Below are positions 8,303 to 18,225 of a stretch of 64,000 nt of DNA, piece by piece (within the stretch, counting starts at the first letter, position 1; each line of letters opens with the position of its first letter). Under the pieces are notes generated by a model. That model did no database searches. It was not told the DNA's origin and saw only the letters and a program-made list of their open reading frames with translations. The position numbers and the translations under genes were made by a program. Source of the DNA: an uncultured Lachnospiraceae bacterium (GTDB lineage Bacteria; Bacillota; Clostridia; Oscillospirales; CAG-272); contig CAZBAR010000004.1 of the NCBI GenBank assembly GCA_964490165.1, forward strand, positions 12,917 through 76,916, given 5' to 3'.

Positions 8303-10633
8303 TTAAATTCCGGGTTCTGTGCCGTTAATGAAAAATTCGTTTATTGCAGCACGGCGGCTTGCATCTGAAGATATGTTTCCATGTTTGTCAACTTGACCGT
8401 AAACCTGTAAGATGGGACAAATATCAAAGTTTATTTCTTCAGGGAAGTAGTACACATTCTCGGCGTCAAACATATCAAAATCACCTGCGCTGATATAATT
8501 CCACATATCAGTGTAGCGCTGCTCATACAGTGCTCGTGTCTCCTCTGTGCCGTTTGTGTACCAGTCGTGGTATACATAGGAAAGGCCGAGGAAGTCGAAG
8601 AGATAAAGCAGGGTGCTGACTCTCTCTATATGCTCAGGCTTTTCTGCCAGCTCAAGTGCCTTTGCAAGAAGAGTTCTCATTTCATCATAATGTGCTCTCA
8701 TATAAGAGGGAGAGTACATATCACCGGGACGGTCAAAGTTTGAGATAAAGCAGGTTCCGCACTGCTTTGCGCATTCATCCTGCATTTGTATATACTTGAA
8801 TATCTGCTCGTAGCCGTCGCCGTAATACATATACAAATATTCCTTAAGGTGATCGCAGTATTTGTCAAAGGACATTGTGGGTTCCCACAGCATCTTCATA
8901 GCGAGATACTGCTTAAGATTGCGGAAGTTATAATCACGTCCGCCGCTTTCATAGTAGATACCCTTAACGCCTGCGTCATTATAAAGGAACTGAATGTCGT
9001 AGTAGAGATTGAGTATATTAGGCATTCCCACAAGCACATAGTGGTACATTACGGCGTATTCCCAGAACCACATTTCTGCGCCTGACTCTTCACAGATCTT
9101 GCTCCAGGTTTTAATTGATGTATTGGATTCAATATTGTTGCTGCCGTACTGACCAAAGCAGTTGCCGCAGTCCTCTGTTCCTAGGTGGTGATTGTTACAG
9201 CCCTGACCGCAGTATATAACTATCAGTCCCTCGTCAGGTCTTACGGTATCAGGTATCTGGTGATTGTAAAGGATAGTATGTACACGAAGATTTGCATATT
9301 TTCCGCCGTCATACTCACGCAGTGCCTTCATTGCACGGTTTGCAGCATCGATATACAGACCTGAATAGCCTTCTTTTGCTGCCTTGCCTCTGCATTTTGA
9401 ACAGGTGCAGTTGTTTCCGTTATCGCAGATCGAGAAGGATATTGATTTTTGACCGTAATCGACATACTCTTTAATGGTGGTTGTAAAGCTGTAGCCGGGC
9501 GAATGCCAAGCGTTTTCAAGCATATTAACGGTTTCCAGCATACCGTCAATAAGCTCGTTAAAGCTGGAGGTTGTGGACATACAGGGCTGCCAGACCAGAT
9601 TGGGATCTTTGGCATTTACTTTGATCTTTAGCTTTTCAAGACCGTTTTTAACCTTGTAGTCGTATTTTTGAGCCAGAGTCAGGCTGTCGTCATCGGGCCA
9701 GTCGCCGTTTTTCATTTCCCAGTAGTAGTCAAATGAATGTGCATTCAAAAACTGCGGACCGTACTCAGTGCCGTAGCGCTCCTCGTCCCAGCTGTATATT
9801 TGTGTGCCGTTCATTCTTGACGGGAAATACCATATCTGCGGATCGTCCTCGCATACATATCCGCAATACCTGAATTTCAGGGCAGGAATAAATATTTCCC
9901 GTTCAAATCCCTCAGGAATATCTACGGCTCTCTTTTTATATACAAATGTATGGGTGCTGTCATAGAAACGGAAGCCGAGATAATCTTCGAGTATCTCATA
10001 GATAGCGTACATATTGCCTCTGTATGTACCGTATACATACAAACTGCCGTTTTTTACCTTATAGGTATAGCCTTCTTCGCCCAGCTCATCGCCGAATTCG
10101 GAAGCGCGGGGAACAGAGTTGAATACGATCGCGTTGCCTGTCGGTTCACCGGTCGTGATCTGAAGATCAACGCCTGTAGCAACTCTTATATACTTTCTTG
10201 CAAGTTCTGCAGCATAAGTGGCGTTGTTATTGCTTCCCTCAGGTTCGGGTGCATAAATGGTGAAGTTTGAAATATCAACGCCGCCGATAGTAAGCTTTGC
10301 GACCTGATGGTTGTCGCCAAGCTCATCAGAAGTAATATCGCCTACTAAAAGAGCTTTGAGATAGAAAGAATCTTTAGAATTGATAACACTGTCCGCCGCG
10401 AGATCGGCAGCGTCTGTAATTACCTTTTCTTCAATGTCTGTTCTGCCCAAAATATAGCTTTTCATAAGGCTTGAATCCTTCAGGTCTACCTTGCCGTCGC
10501 CGTCAAGGTCGCCTAAAGTGAAGGTGTCATCATAGTCAAGATGCTGATTCAGATTCAGCGCTGCGCTTGAAACTGTGACGAGACTTCCCAGCAGCATAAA
10601 AAGTGAAAGACCTACAGATAACAGTTTTTTCAT
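8303..10633 (-). CDS. secreted N-terminal-dockerin / DUF4838-like protein, paralog 4 (most divergent)
   Basis: 776 aa. Signal peptide, dockerin loops DLDGDGKVDLKD and DLAADSVINSKD, and the same body and Cys clusters (CDNGNNCTCSKCR; CGQGCNNHHLGTEDCGNC). Confidence 0.85.
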   Translation of the reverse strand: MKKLLSVGLSLFMLLGSLVTVSSAALNLNQHLDYDDTFTLGDLDGDGKVDLKDSSLMKSYILGRTDIEEKVITDAADLAADSVINSKDSFYLKALLVGDITSDELGDNHQVAKLTIGGVDISNFTIYAPEPEGSNNNATYAAELARKYIRVATGVDLQITTGEPTGNAIVFNSVPRASEFGDELGEEGYTYKVKNGSLYVYGTYRGNMYAIYEILEDYLGFRFYDSTHTFVYKKRAVDIPEGFEREIFIPALKFRYCGYVCEDDPQIWYFPSRMNGTQIYSWDEERYGTEYGPQFLNAHSFDYYWEMKNGDWPDDDSLTLAQKYDYKVKNGLEKLKIKVNAKDPNLVWQPCMSTTSSFNELIDGMLETVNMLENAWHSPGYSFTTTIKEYVDYGQKSISFSICDNGNNCTCSKCRGKAAKEGYSGLYIDAANRAMKALREYDGGKYANLRVHTILYNHQIPDTVRPDEGLIVIYCGQGCNNHHLGTEDCGNCFGQYGSNNIESNTSIKTWSKICEESGAEMWFWEYAVMYHYVLVGMPNILNLYYDIQFLYNDAGVKGIYYESGGRDYNFRNLKQYLAMKMLWEPTMSFDKYCDHLKEYLYMYYGDGYEQIFKYIQMQDECAKQCGTCFISNFDRPGDMYSPSYMRAHYDEMRTLLAKALELAEKPEHIERVSTLLYLFDFLGLSYVYHDWYTNGTEETRALYEQRYTDMWNYISAGDFDMFDAENVYYFPEEINFDICPILQVYGQVDKHGNISSDASRRAAINEFFINGTEPGI

Positions 10634-10744
10634 AATTGTTTATCCTTTCTTATTTTTTGGCAATGCGCCATACTTCAAAACAATAATAACATAAATGCAA
10701 GCCGCTTTCAATATGATTTTGTGTAAAATATTAAAAAATTTGCT

Positions 10745-10830
10745 ATTGTGGGAATGTACTTGGTCAGTAACATGCAAGCTGCGAAATTCTTTTTGTGCAG
10801 TTTGCTGTTTCTGCGGACTTTTTCTACAAC
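10745..10830 (+). repeat. partial copy (right end) of intergenic repeat family A
   Basis: TGGTCAG..GCGAAATTCTTTTTGTGCAGTTTGCTGTTTCTGCGGACTTTTTCTACAAC aligns with the right ~70 nt of the full copy at 53495..53719. Confidence 0.6.
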
Positions 10831-10831
10831 T

Positions 10832-10860
10832 AAAAAACCGCCCCTTGCAGGCGGTTTTTT
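10832..10860. terminator. bidirectional intrinsic terminator (serves the E1 gene)
   Basis: AAAAAACCGCC-ccttgca-GGCGGTTTTTT, 12 nt beyond the stop at 10872. Confidence 0.7.
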
Positions 10861-10871
10861 ATAGTTATTTA

Positions 10872-13358
10872 TTACAGACCTTTTTTGCTTCTTTCGATAT
10901 GCTCAAGCTCTGATTCGTTTACGGTGCATACTCTGCCGGGCAGGGGCATCAGCTTCTGGCTGATAACATCGATAATGCCGTCAGCCTGCGGGAAGAAGTA
11001 TTTCTCAAACTCAAACGCGGGAGTGATCCAGTTGCGTGAGCCGAATACTACCGGCGGAGCGTCAAGATAGTCAAACGCCATCTCGGTGATGTTGGACGCC
11101 ATGTCTCTCATAATGCTTCCGCGGTCGCACGCATCTCCTACGATCACTATCTTGCCTGTTTTCTTAACGCTCTCAATAACCTTTTCGTAGTTGAAGGGAA
11201 CGATAGAGCGTGCGTCGATGATCTCAGCAGATACGCCGTATTCTTTTTCCAGCTTATCAGCCGCTTCCATAGCGCGGTACAGAACTGCGCCGATAGTGAG
11301 GATAGTTACATCTTTACCCTCGCGTTTAACGTCAGGCTCGCCGAAAGGCACTTCGTAGCTCTCTGCGGGTACTCCGCCCTTGTGGAACTCCTCGCCCTTG
11401 TCGTAAATGCGCTGGCTCTCAAAGAAGATAACGGGGTCAGTGCCGTTAAGGGCAGCTGCCATAAGTCCCTTTGCGTCGTAAGGCGTTGCAGGGAAGCATA
11501 CCTTCAGACCGGGAATGTGTGAGCAGAGTGCCGTCCAGTCCTGGCTGTGCTGTGCGCCGTACTTTGAGCCGACAGATACTCTGACAACTACAGGCATTTT
11601 CAGAATTCCTGCAGACATAGACTGCCACTTGGAGAGCTGGTTGAATATTTCATCGCCTGCGCAGCCGATAAAGTCGGCGTACATAAGCTCAACGATAGCG
11701 CGGCCGCCTGCCATAGCATAGCCGACGGAGGAGCCTACGATAGCAGCCTCGGATATGGGCGCGTTGAAGAAACGGTGATAGGGAAGCGCCTCGGTCAGAC
11801 CGCGGTAAACAGCGAATGCTCCGCCCCAGTCACGGTTGTCCTCACCGTATGCGATAAGTGTGGGATCTTCGTAGAATTTATCGTAGATAGCCTCAAAAAG
11901 ACCGTCGCGCACGCCGTACTGCTTGATCTTCGGCAGGGGCTTGCCGGATTCGTCAAACGCCCAGCGGCTCCTCTGTGCAAGCTGTTTTACTCTGGGGTTG
12001 TCTTCCTTAGGTGCGAGAACCTCAGGCTCACGCTCGGTATCCATTGAAGGAACATGGTTGTTTGAGAACATGATAGAAGATATCATGTCGGGGGTCTTGT
12101 CAAGGTCCATTCTGGGAGATATTTCAAGATCGGTAGCAAGAGCGCAGATCTTTGTAACTCTCTTTATAATGCTCTCCTCGATAGCTGCAAATTCCTCATC
12201 GGTTGCAATGCCGCCCTCAACCATCTTTTTACGGTATGCGGCGATGGGGCAGGAATTCTGCCATTCCTCGATCTCTTCAACGCTTCTGTAGGTGGAGGAG
12301 TCGGAAGGGGAGTGTCCGCTGACACGGTATGTGGCAACTTCAAGCAGTGCGGGACCCTTGCCGTTTACAAGCAAGTCCTTTTTGCGCTGTGTAGCATCGA
12401 TGACCGCAAGAGGATCGTAGCCGTTGACCTTTTCTGCATGGAGCATTTCGGGGTTGAAGCCTGCGCCGAGTCTCGCTGCAACGTCCCAGCCCATGGTCTC
12501 GCCCTTTGTCTGACCGCCCATGCCGTAGAAGTTGTTAAATATATTAAAGAGTATGGGCATTCCGCCGTCATCGTACTTGCCGTCCATGCCCCACAGCTTT
12601 GTGATCTGATCCATGGTGGACATATTGATAGCCTCAAGCACAGGTCCGCGACCCAGCGCGCCGTCGCCGGAGTTTGCAATAACGATGCCTTTCTTGTGAT
12701 TGCTTCTCTTATACAGAGCAGCGCCCAGTGCAACGGGAGCTGCGCCGCCGACTATTGCGTTGTTGGGGAATATACCGAAGGGAATGAAGAACGCGTGCAT
12801 GGAGCCGCCCAGACCTCTGTTAAAGCCTGTGGTGCGGGCAAATATCTCAGCCAGCGCGCCGTAAAGCAGGAAGTCTATGGCAAGATCCTTAACGTCGCCC
12901 TTTTTCTCCTGTCTTTCCTCGACGACCTTTAAGATGCTGCCGTCAAGAAACTCTTTCATAATATCGTAAAGCTCTGTGTCGTCAAGCTTGTAGATAGATG
13001 AAAGACCCTTTGCAAGAATTTCACCGTGGCTGCGGTGAGAGCCGAAAGTAAAGTCGTTTATATCAAGGCAGTATGCCTGACCGACAGCGCTTGCTTCCTG
13101 ACCTATTGAAAGGTGCGCGGGGCCGGGGTTGTTGTACTCAACGCCGTTGTATACGCTTTTTGTCTTGATCTCGTTGAGCATTGTCTCAAACTCGCGGATA
13201 ATGCGCATATCGCGGTAAATGCGGAGAAAATCGTCCTTAGTATAAAGCTTTTTCTCCTGCGCCAGTGTTTTATCGTACTGGCAAAGCGGAATTTTATCGA
13301 ATGAAAGATAGCCCTTTTCAAAAGCTTTTTCAGGGCTGATGTATTGACTCTTCGGCAT
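10872..13358 (-). CDS. 2-oxoacid dehydrogenase E1 component, fused alpha+beta subunits (TPP-dependent)
   Basis: 828 aa. The N-terminal half is E1-alpha-like (GQEA..GSHRSHGE..GGSMH..SGDGALG). The C-terminal half is E1-beta/transketolase-like (ISEAAIVGSSVGYAMAGGRAIVELMYADF..). Confidence 0.85.
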   Translation of the reverse strand: MPKSQYISPEKAFEKGYLSFDKIPLCQYDKTLAQEKKLYTKDDFLRIYRDMRIIREFETMLNEIKTKSVYNGVEYNNPGPAHLSIGQEASAVGQAYCLDINDFTFGSHRSHGEILAKGLSSIYKLDDTELYDIMKEFLDGSILKVVEERQEKKGDVKDLAIDFLLYGALAEIFARTTGFNRGLGGSMHAFFIPFGIFPNNAIVGGAAPVALGAALYKRSNHKKGIVIANSGDGALGRGPVLEAINMSTMDQITKLWGMDGKYDDGGMPILFNIFNNFYGMGGQTKGETMGWDVAARLGAGFNPEMLHAEKVNGYDPLAVIDATQRKKDLLVNGKGPALLEVATYRVSGHSPSDSSTYRSVEEIEEWQNSCPIAAYRKKMVEGGIATDEEFAAIEESIIKRVTKICALATDLEISPRMDLDKTPDMISSIMFSNNHVPSMDTEREPEVLAPKEDNPRVKQLAQRSRWAFDESGKPLPKIKQYGVRDGLFEAIYDKFYEDPTLIAYGEDNRDWGGAFAVYRGLTEALPYHRFFNAPISEAAIVGSSVGYAMAGGRAIVELMYADFIGCAGDEIFNQLSKWQSMSAGILKMPVVVRVSVGSKYGAQHSQDWTALCSHIPGLKVCFPATPYDAKGLMAAALNGTDPVIFFESQRIYDKGEEFHKGGVPAESYEVPFGEPDVKREGKDVTILTIGAVLYRAMEAADKLEKEYGVSAEIIDARSIVPFNYEKVIESVKKTGKIVIVGDACDRGSIMRDMASNITEMAFDYLDAPPVVFGSRNWITPAFEFEKYFFPQADGIIDVISQKLMPLPGRVCTVNESELEHIERSKKGL

Positions 13359-13400
13359 GGTTTTAGCTCCTTTTTAATATTATTGGGATTTATTTCTATT

Positions 13401-14777
13401 TCAAATGGTGAACATTGCTTCTCTTATTACTTCGCAAACAGTGGGGTGGGGGAATACTATCTTCTGAATGTCACCGACGCGCTTTTTCTCGGCTACCATG
13501 GCGGCAGCGCCGTATATTATCTCAGACGCATAAGAGCCTATCATGTGTACGCCGATTATGGTTTTGTGCTCATCGGTAATTATCTTGACTATTCCGTCTC
13601 CGCCCTCGACCTCGGCAACGTATCTGCCGCTGTAACGAAGACTCAGCGTATGCTCTTTGGCATCGATCCCCTGTGCCTTAGCGCTCTCTAAGGTCTCGCC
13701 GACAGTGCCGACTTCAGGCTTTGTATATATAACTGCGGGTATTGCGCGGTAGTCAACGCTGTCCTTTTTGCCCAGCATATCGTTTACTGCCGCCTCACCC
13801 TCGCGGTACGCTGTGTGGGCAAGCATACTCTTGCCGTTTACATCGCCTGCCGCCCAAATTCCGGGTACGGATGTGCGTCCGCACTCTGTGGTGACGATAG
13901 CGCCGCGCTCGCATATAACGCCGACGCTTTCAAGACCGATATTCTTTGTTCTTGCGCGTCTGCCCGTGCTTACAAGTATAGCGTCGCAGTTGATCTTATC
14001 AACAGCATCGCCTTTTTTGTATTCCACGATTCCGTCGCCGCACTTGCCGCTGACAGAGGTAACGCCTGCGCCGAGAATAAATTTAACGCCCTTTTTCTCA
14101 AGGTTTTTCTGAAGGATCGTTGAAATTTCTCTGTCGGTAGGACCCGCTATTTTATCAAGCATTTCAATGACCGTAACCTCAGAGCCTATAGCCTTGAAAT
14201 ATGAAGCGGTCTCAAGACCGATAACGCCGCCGCCGATAACGCACAAATGCTTCGGTACAACTCTCATATCAAGAATCTCGCGGTTGGTCATTGCAAGACC
14301 CTCGGCAACCGCCTCGCGCAGCCCCGTAATGGGGGGAACTGCCGCTTCGCTTCCGGTGCAAATAAGAAGCTTTGCAGCGGTGTACTCTTTGTCAAGGCAC
14401 TTCACCTTAAAGCCGTCTGCACTCTTTCCCGTAATTTCGGCGGTGCCGTCAACAACGGTAACGCCTGCGCCGCGCATTTTCGCGCCGACGCCGCCGACAA
14501 GTGTTTTAACGACCTTGTCCTTGCGGTCTACGACCTTCGCGTGGTCGATAGATGCGCCTGTAACGCTTACGCCGAACGCCTCGGAATGCAGTGCGCTCTC
14601 ATATATTTTAGCGGAATTCAGCAGCGTTTTTGTAGGTATGCAGCCCTCGTTCAGGCATACGCCGCCCAGCGCGCGTTCTTCAAATAGTGCTGTTTTCATT
14701 CCCGCATGGGCTGCCCGTTCTGCCGCGTTATATCCGGCAGGACCGCCGCCCAGAATTATCAGATCATAGCTGTTCAT
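13401..14777 (-). CDS. lpdA: dihydrolipoyl dehydrogenase (E3)
   Basis: MNSYDLIILGGGPAGYNAAERAA..GGVCLNEGCIPTK redox-active disulfide. The start was moved to ATG at 14777, 7 nt after the E2 stop. The ORF-track N-terminal extension is judged spurious. Confidence 0.9.
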   Translation of the reverse strand: MNSYDLIILGGGPAGYNAAERAAHAGMKTALFEERALGGVCLNEGCIPTKTLLNSAKIYESALHSEAFGVSVTGASIDHAKVVDRKDKVVKTLVGGVGAKMRGAGVTVVDGTAEITGKSADGFKVKCLDKEYTAAKLLICTGSEAAVPPITGLREAVAEGLAMTNREILDMRVVPKHLCVIGGGVIGLETASYFKAIGSEVTVIEMLDKIAGPTDREISTILQKNLEKKGVKFILGAGVTSVSGKCGDGIVEYKKGDAVDKINCDAILVSTGRRARTKNIGLESVGVICERGAIVTTECGRTSVPGIWAAGDVNGKSMLAHTAYREGEAAVNDMLGKKDSVDYRAIPAVIYTKPEVGTVGETLESAKAQGIDAKEHTLSLRYSGRYVAEVEGGDGIVKIITDEHKTIIGVHMIGSYASEIIYGAAAMVAEKKRVGDIQKIVFPHPTVCEVIREAMFTI

Positions 14778-14784
14778 ACAAATA

Positions 14785-16059
14785 TTATTTTGCAAGCAGC
14801 AGCCCGAAATTCTCAAGCGCTGTGCAAAGCTCCTTTAAGAATTTTGCTGCGGGCGCACCGTCAACAGCTCTATGGTCTATGGTAAGTGACAGACCCATTG
14901 CCGGGTACACGCTGCCGTCGTCGCGCAGTCTGTTTACCGTAGCACATACTCCGAGGATTGCAACCTGCGGAGGATTTATAACAGGTGTAAAGCTTTCGAT
15001 GCCGAGAGAGCCGAGATTTGTAACGGTAAAGCTGCCGCCGGACATTTCATCGGGGGTCAGCGCGCCGTCTCTCGCCTTTGCAGCCGCTGCCTTGTCAGCC
15101 GCAGCCACTTCGGAAAGTGACATAGTGTCGGCATGGAATATTGTGGGCACCAGAAGTCCGCGATCGGTGTCCACCGCAAGACCGATATTTGCATGACGAT
15201 AAAGTCTTATGGTATTGTCAACAAGATTTGCGTTAAGTGCAGGGTACTTCGGCAGAACTCTGGAGACTGCGAACATTATCATGTCGTTTATTGATATCTT
15301 GCCAAGCCCCATAGCCTCAGCGCCTGCCTTCAGAGCCTTGCGGTACTCCATAAGAGCTGTTGCATCGAAGGAAGCGTTAAGCGTAAGCTGAGCCATTTCG
15401 GAGAGGGACGCGTGCATGGAGCGGGAAATAGCGCGGCGAACGCCGGACATAGGTACTTCCTCGTATTCCGCTGCGGGTACGGCTGCGGGAGCAGCAGCGA
15501 CCTCGACTGTGACGGGCGTCTCGGGTGTTTTTCCTGCAAGAAAATCTTCAACAGCCTGTGTGCCTGCCCTCTTGCCGCTGTCAAGAGCTGCGTTGATGTC
15601 GCGCTCTATTATTCTGCCGTGAGGGCCTGTGGGAGCAACTGCGCTCATATCTACGCCTGTTGTAAGTGCAAGCTTTTTTGCGCGGGGAGAGATCTTTATA
15701 CGCTCTCCCGATACGGGAAGTGTGCCTGTCACCTCAGCTTTGGGTGCGGCTGTCTCCTTTTTTTCCTCCGGTGCCGCTTCAGCTACAGGCGCGGCAGCGC
15801 TGTCGTCGGGAATCTCCTCGCCTGCGTCGCCGATATAGCAAACGGTTTCAAGGCAGGGCACAACGTCGCCTTCCTCAAACAGTATTTTCAGCATAGTTCC
15901 GCTGAAAAGAGATTTTTCGTCAAATGCAGATTTGTCCGTTTCGTAGGAGAAGATAACGTCTCCCTCCGCAACGGCGTCACCTGCCTTTTTATGCCACGCT
16001 GTTATAATGCAGGATTCAACGCTCTGACCCTGACGCGGCATAATTACGGGATTTGCCAT
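14785..16059 (-). CDS. dihydrolipoamide acyltransferase (E2)
   Basis: Lipoyl domain (SYETDKSAF), subunit-binding domain (ISPRAKKLALTTGVDMSAVAPTGPHGRIIERDI) and catalytic motif DHRAVDGAPAAKFL. Confidence 0.9.
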   Translation of the reverse strand: MANPVIMPRQGQSVESCIITAWHKKAGDAVAEGDVIFSYETDKSAFDEKSLFSGTMLKILFEEGDVVPCLETVCYIGDAGEEIPDDSAAAPVAEAAPEEKKETAAPKAEVTGTLPVSGERIKISPRAKKLALTTGVDMSAVAPTGPHGRIIERDINAALDSGKRAGTQAVEDFLAGKTPETPVTVEVAAAPAAVPAAEYEEVPMSGVRRAISRSMHASLSEMAQLTLNASFDATALMEYRKALKAGAEAMGLGKISINDMIMFAVSRVLPKYPALNANLVDNTIRLYRHANIGLAVDTDRGLLVPTIFHADTMSLSEVAAADKAAAAKARDGALTPDEMSGGSFTVTNLGSLGIESFTPVINPPQVAILGVCATVNRLRDDGSVYPAMGLSLTIDHRAVDGAPAAKFLKELCTALENFGLLLAK

Positions 16060-16228
16060 ATTAAACCTCGTGCTTTCTTTTGCTTTGTGCTGCGCACAAA
16101 GCGTGCGTGAAAAAGGGTATTTACGACTTGAAGCTCGTATTTTTCACGCTGTCATTCCTTTCGTGATTGGTTTTGAATATATTAACTGAATTCTCGCTTG
16201 TTTGCGAGGTTTGTTTTTACCATATTTC

Positions 16229-16257
16229 AGTATATCAGTCAAATGTTAGCCTGTCAA
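16229..16257 (-). promoter_or_regulatory. sigma-70-type promoter of the dehydrogenase operon
   Basis: Minus strand reads TTGACA-17 nt-TATACT, giving a ~165-nt leader that contains two long hairpins. Confidence 0.5.
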
Positions 16258-16518
16258 CCGAAAAATTGCATTTTTTATGTTAAAATTAACATAAAAAATA
16301 ATTAAAGCGCTAATGTTTATGGGATTATTGATATAAGAGGGGGATTTTTCGGAGAAATCAGTGAAGCTTTGCTGAAGTTTTAAGTACGGTCAATTAAAAT
16401 AATAATGTAATTTACAAAGAAATTTCGACGCTTGCGGCGTTTAGACATATTTTATTCATATTTTTGGGATATACTGTTATAGTTAAATGCTATTACAATT
16501 AAAGAATGGAGATAAATA

Positions 16519-18168
16519 ATGAGCACACTTAAAAAACTTGACGCTCCTATCGGCGTAAAGGGTCCCGTACTTACTATCGTTATGGACGGCGTAGGTATTG
16601 CCGCAGATAACGAGGGCAACGCTGTTAAAAGAGCGTATACCCCTACTCTTGACGCTATTATGGAAAAATACCCCATGGTACGTCTGAAAGCACACGGCAC
16701 CGCTGTAGGTCTGCCCTCTGACGACGATATGGGCAACTCTGAGGTAGGTCACAACGCCCTCGGCAGCGGACAGGTATTTGCGCAGGGCGCTAAGCTTGTT
16801 TCAAATTCTATTGAGTCCGGCAAGCTTTTCACCTCCGACGCATGGAAGGCTGAGATCGACAACGTAAAAGAGAACGGCAGCACCCTGCATTTCCTCGGAC
16901 TTTTCTCCGACGGAAACGTTCACTCTCACATTGACCATCTGAAGGCGCTTATCGTAAATGCAAAAAAAGACGGCGTCTCAAAGGTTCGCGTTCACATTCT
17001 GCTGGACGGCAGAGATGTGGGCGAGACAAGCGCGCTTGAATATGTTGAGCCTTTTGAAGCATTTTTGGACGAGCTGCGCGATGACAGCTTTGACATTATG
17101 ATAGCATCCGGCGGCGGCCGTATGACTATAACCATGGACCGCTATGAGGCTAACTGGTCAATGGTAGAGCTGGGCTGGAAGACCCACGTGCTGGGCGAGG
17201 GCAGACAGTTTGCAAGCGCAGCCGAGGCTATCAAGACCTACAGAGAAGAAACAAAGGTCATCGACCAGGATCTGCCCCCCTTCGTTATTGCAAAGGACGG
17301 CGAGCCTGTAGGTACTGTTGAGGACGGCGACAGCGTAATATTCTTCAACTTCCGCGGCGACCGTTCTATTGAGATATCCAAGACCTTTGAGGCAGGCGAG
17401 GACTTTGACAAGTTCGACCGCGTCCGCGCACCCAAGGTTGCATACGCAGGTATGCTTGAATATGACGGAGACCTGCACATTCCTTCACGTTACCTTGTTT
17501 CTCCTCCTGAGATCACCAACACAATGGGCGAGTATCTTTCCGACAGCGGAGTTGCACAGTACGCTATTTCCGAAACTCAGAAGTACGGTCACGTGACATA
17601 TTTCTGGAACGGCAACAAGTCCGGCAAGTTCTCTGAGGAGCTGGAGACCTACGTTGAGGTTCCCTCCGATGTTGTTCCCTTTGAGCAGCGCCCCTGGATG
17701 AAGTGCGCAGAGATCACCGATAAGCTTATCGATGCTATGAGAAGCGGCAAGTATCCTGCAATGCGCGTAAACTTCCCCAACGGCGACATGGTAGGCCATA
17801 CAGGCAGCCTTGAGGCTACTATCTGCTCTATGGAAGCACTTGATCTTCAGCTTGCAAGACTTCTTCAGGTAGTTGACGAGCTGGAGGGCGTAGCGCTTAT
17901 TACAGCTGACCACGGTAACGCGGACGAAATGTACGAGACCGATAAGGCGGGCGCAGCGAAGAAGAATAAGGACGGCTCTTTCAAGGCAAAGACCAGCCAC
18001 ACTCTCAATCCCGTTCCTTTCATTATTTACGATAACTTCTACTCTGACAAGTACACCGTAAAGGCTGACGAGGGCGCGTTCGGTCTGTCAAATGTTGCGG
18101 CAACTGCTGTCAACTTCCTCGGATACGAGGCTCCCGATATGTGGGATGAGTCCATTATCAACGCGTAA
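16519..18168 (+). CDS. gpmI: 2,3-bisphosphoglycerate-independent phosphoglycerate mutase (long ~550-aa form)
   Basis: 549 aa. MGNSEVGHNALGSG metal/Ser motif and ADHGNADEM. GGAG lies 8 nt upstream of the ATG. Confidence 0.9.
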   Translation: MSTLKKLDAPIGVKGPVLTIVMDGVGIAADNEGNAVKRAYTPTLDAIMEKYPMVRLKAHGTAVGLPSDDDMGNSEVGHNALGSGQVFAQGAKLVSNSIESGKLFTSDAWKAEIDNVKENGSTLHFLGLFSDGNVHSHIDHLKALIVNAKKDGVSKVRVHILLDGRDVGETSALEYVEPFEAFLDELRDDSFDIMIASGGGRMTITMDRYEANWSMVELGWKTHVLGEGRQFASAAEAIKTYREETKVIDQDLPPFVIAKDGEPVGTVEDGDSVIFFNFRGDRSIEISKTFEAGEDFDKFDRVRAPKVAYAGMLEYDGDLHIPSRYLVSPPEITNTMGEYLSDSGVAQYAISETQKYGHVTYFWNGNKSGKFSEELETYVEVPSDVVPFEQRPWMKCAEITDKLIDAMRSGKYPAMRVNFPNGDMVGHTGSLEATICSMEALDLQLARLLQVVDELEGVALITADHGNADEMYETDKAGAAKKNKDGSFKAKTSHTLNPVPFIIYDNFYSDKYTVKADEGAFGLSNVAATAVNFLGYEAPDMWDESIINA

Positions 18169-18225
18169 CTAAAATATTTTGCAAATGCATAAAATGTGCT
18201 TGCGGATCTAATTAAAGACAATTGT

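Noticed and set aside
13401-14816. N-terminal extensions of track ORFs (14816 for lpdA, 32188 aroA, 33614 aroB, 5645 and 8171 for the paralogs, 19794, 45257, 46192, 46844, 56503, 59740).
   Set aside because: Internal ATGs with proper SD spacing give canonical N-termini (signal peptides, GxGxxG and others). The extensions overlap upstream genes or lack an RBS.
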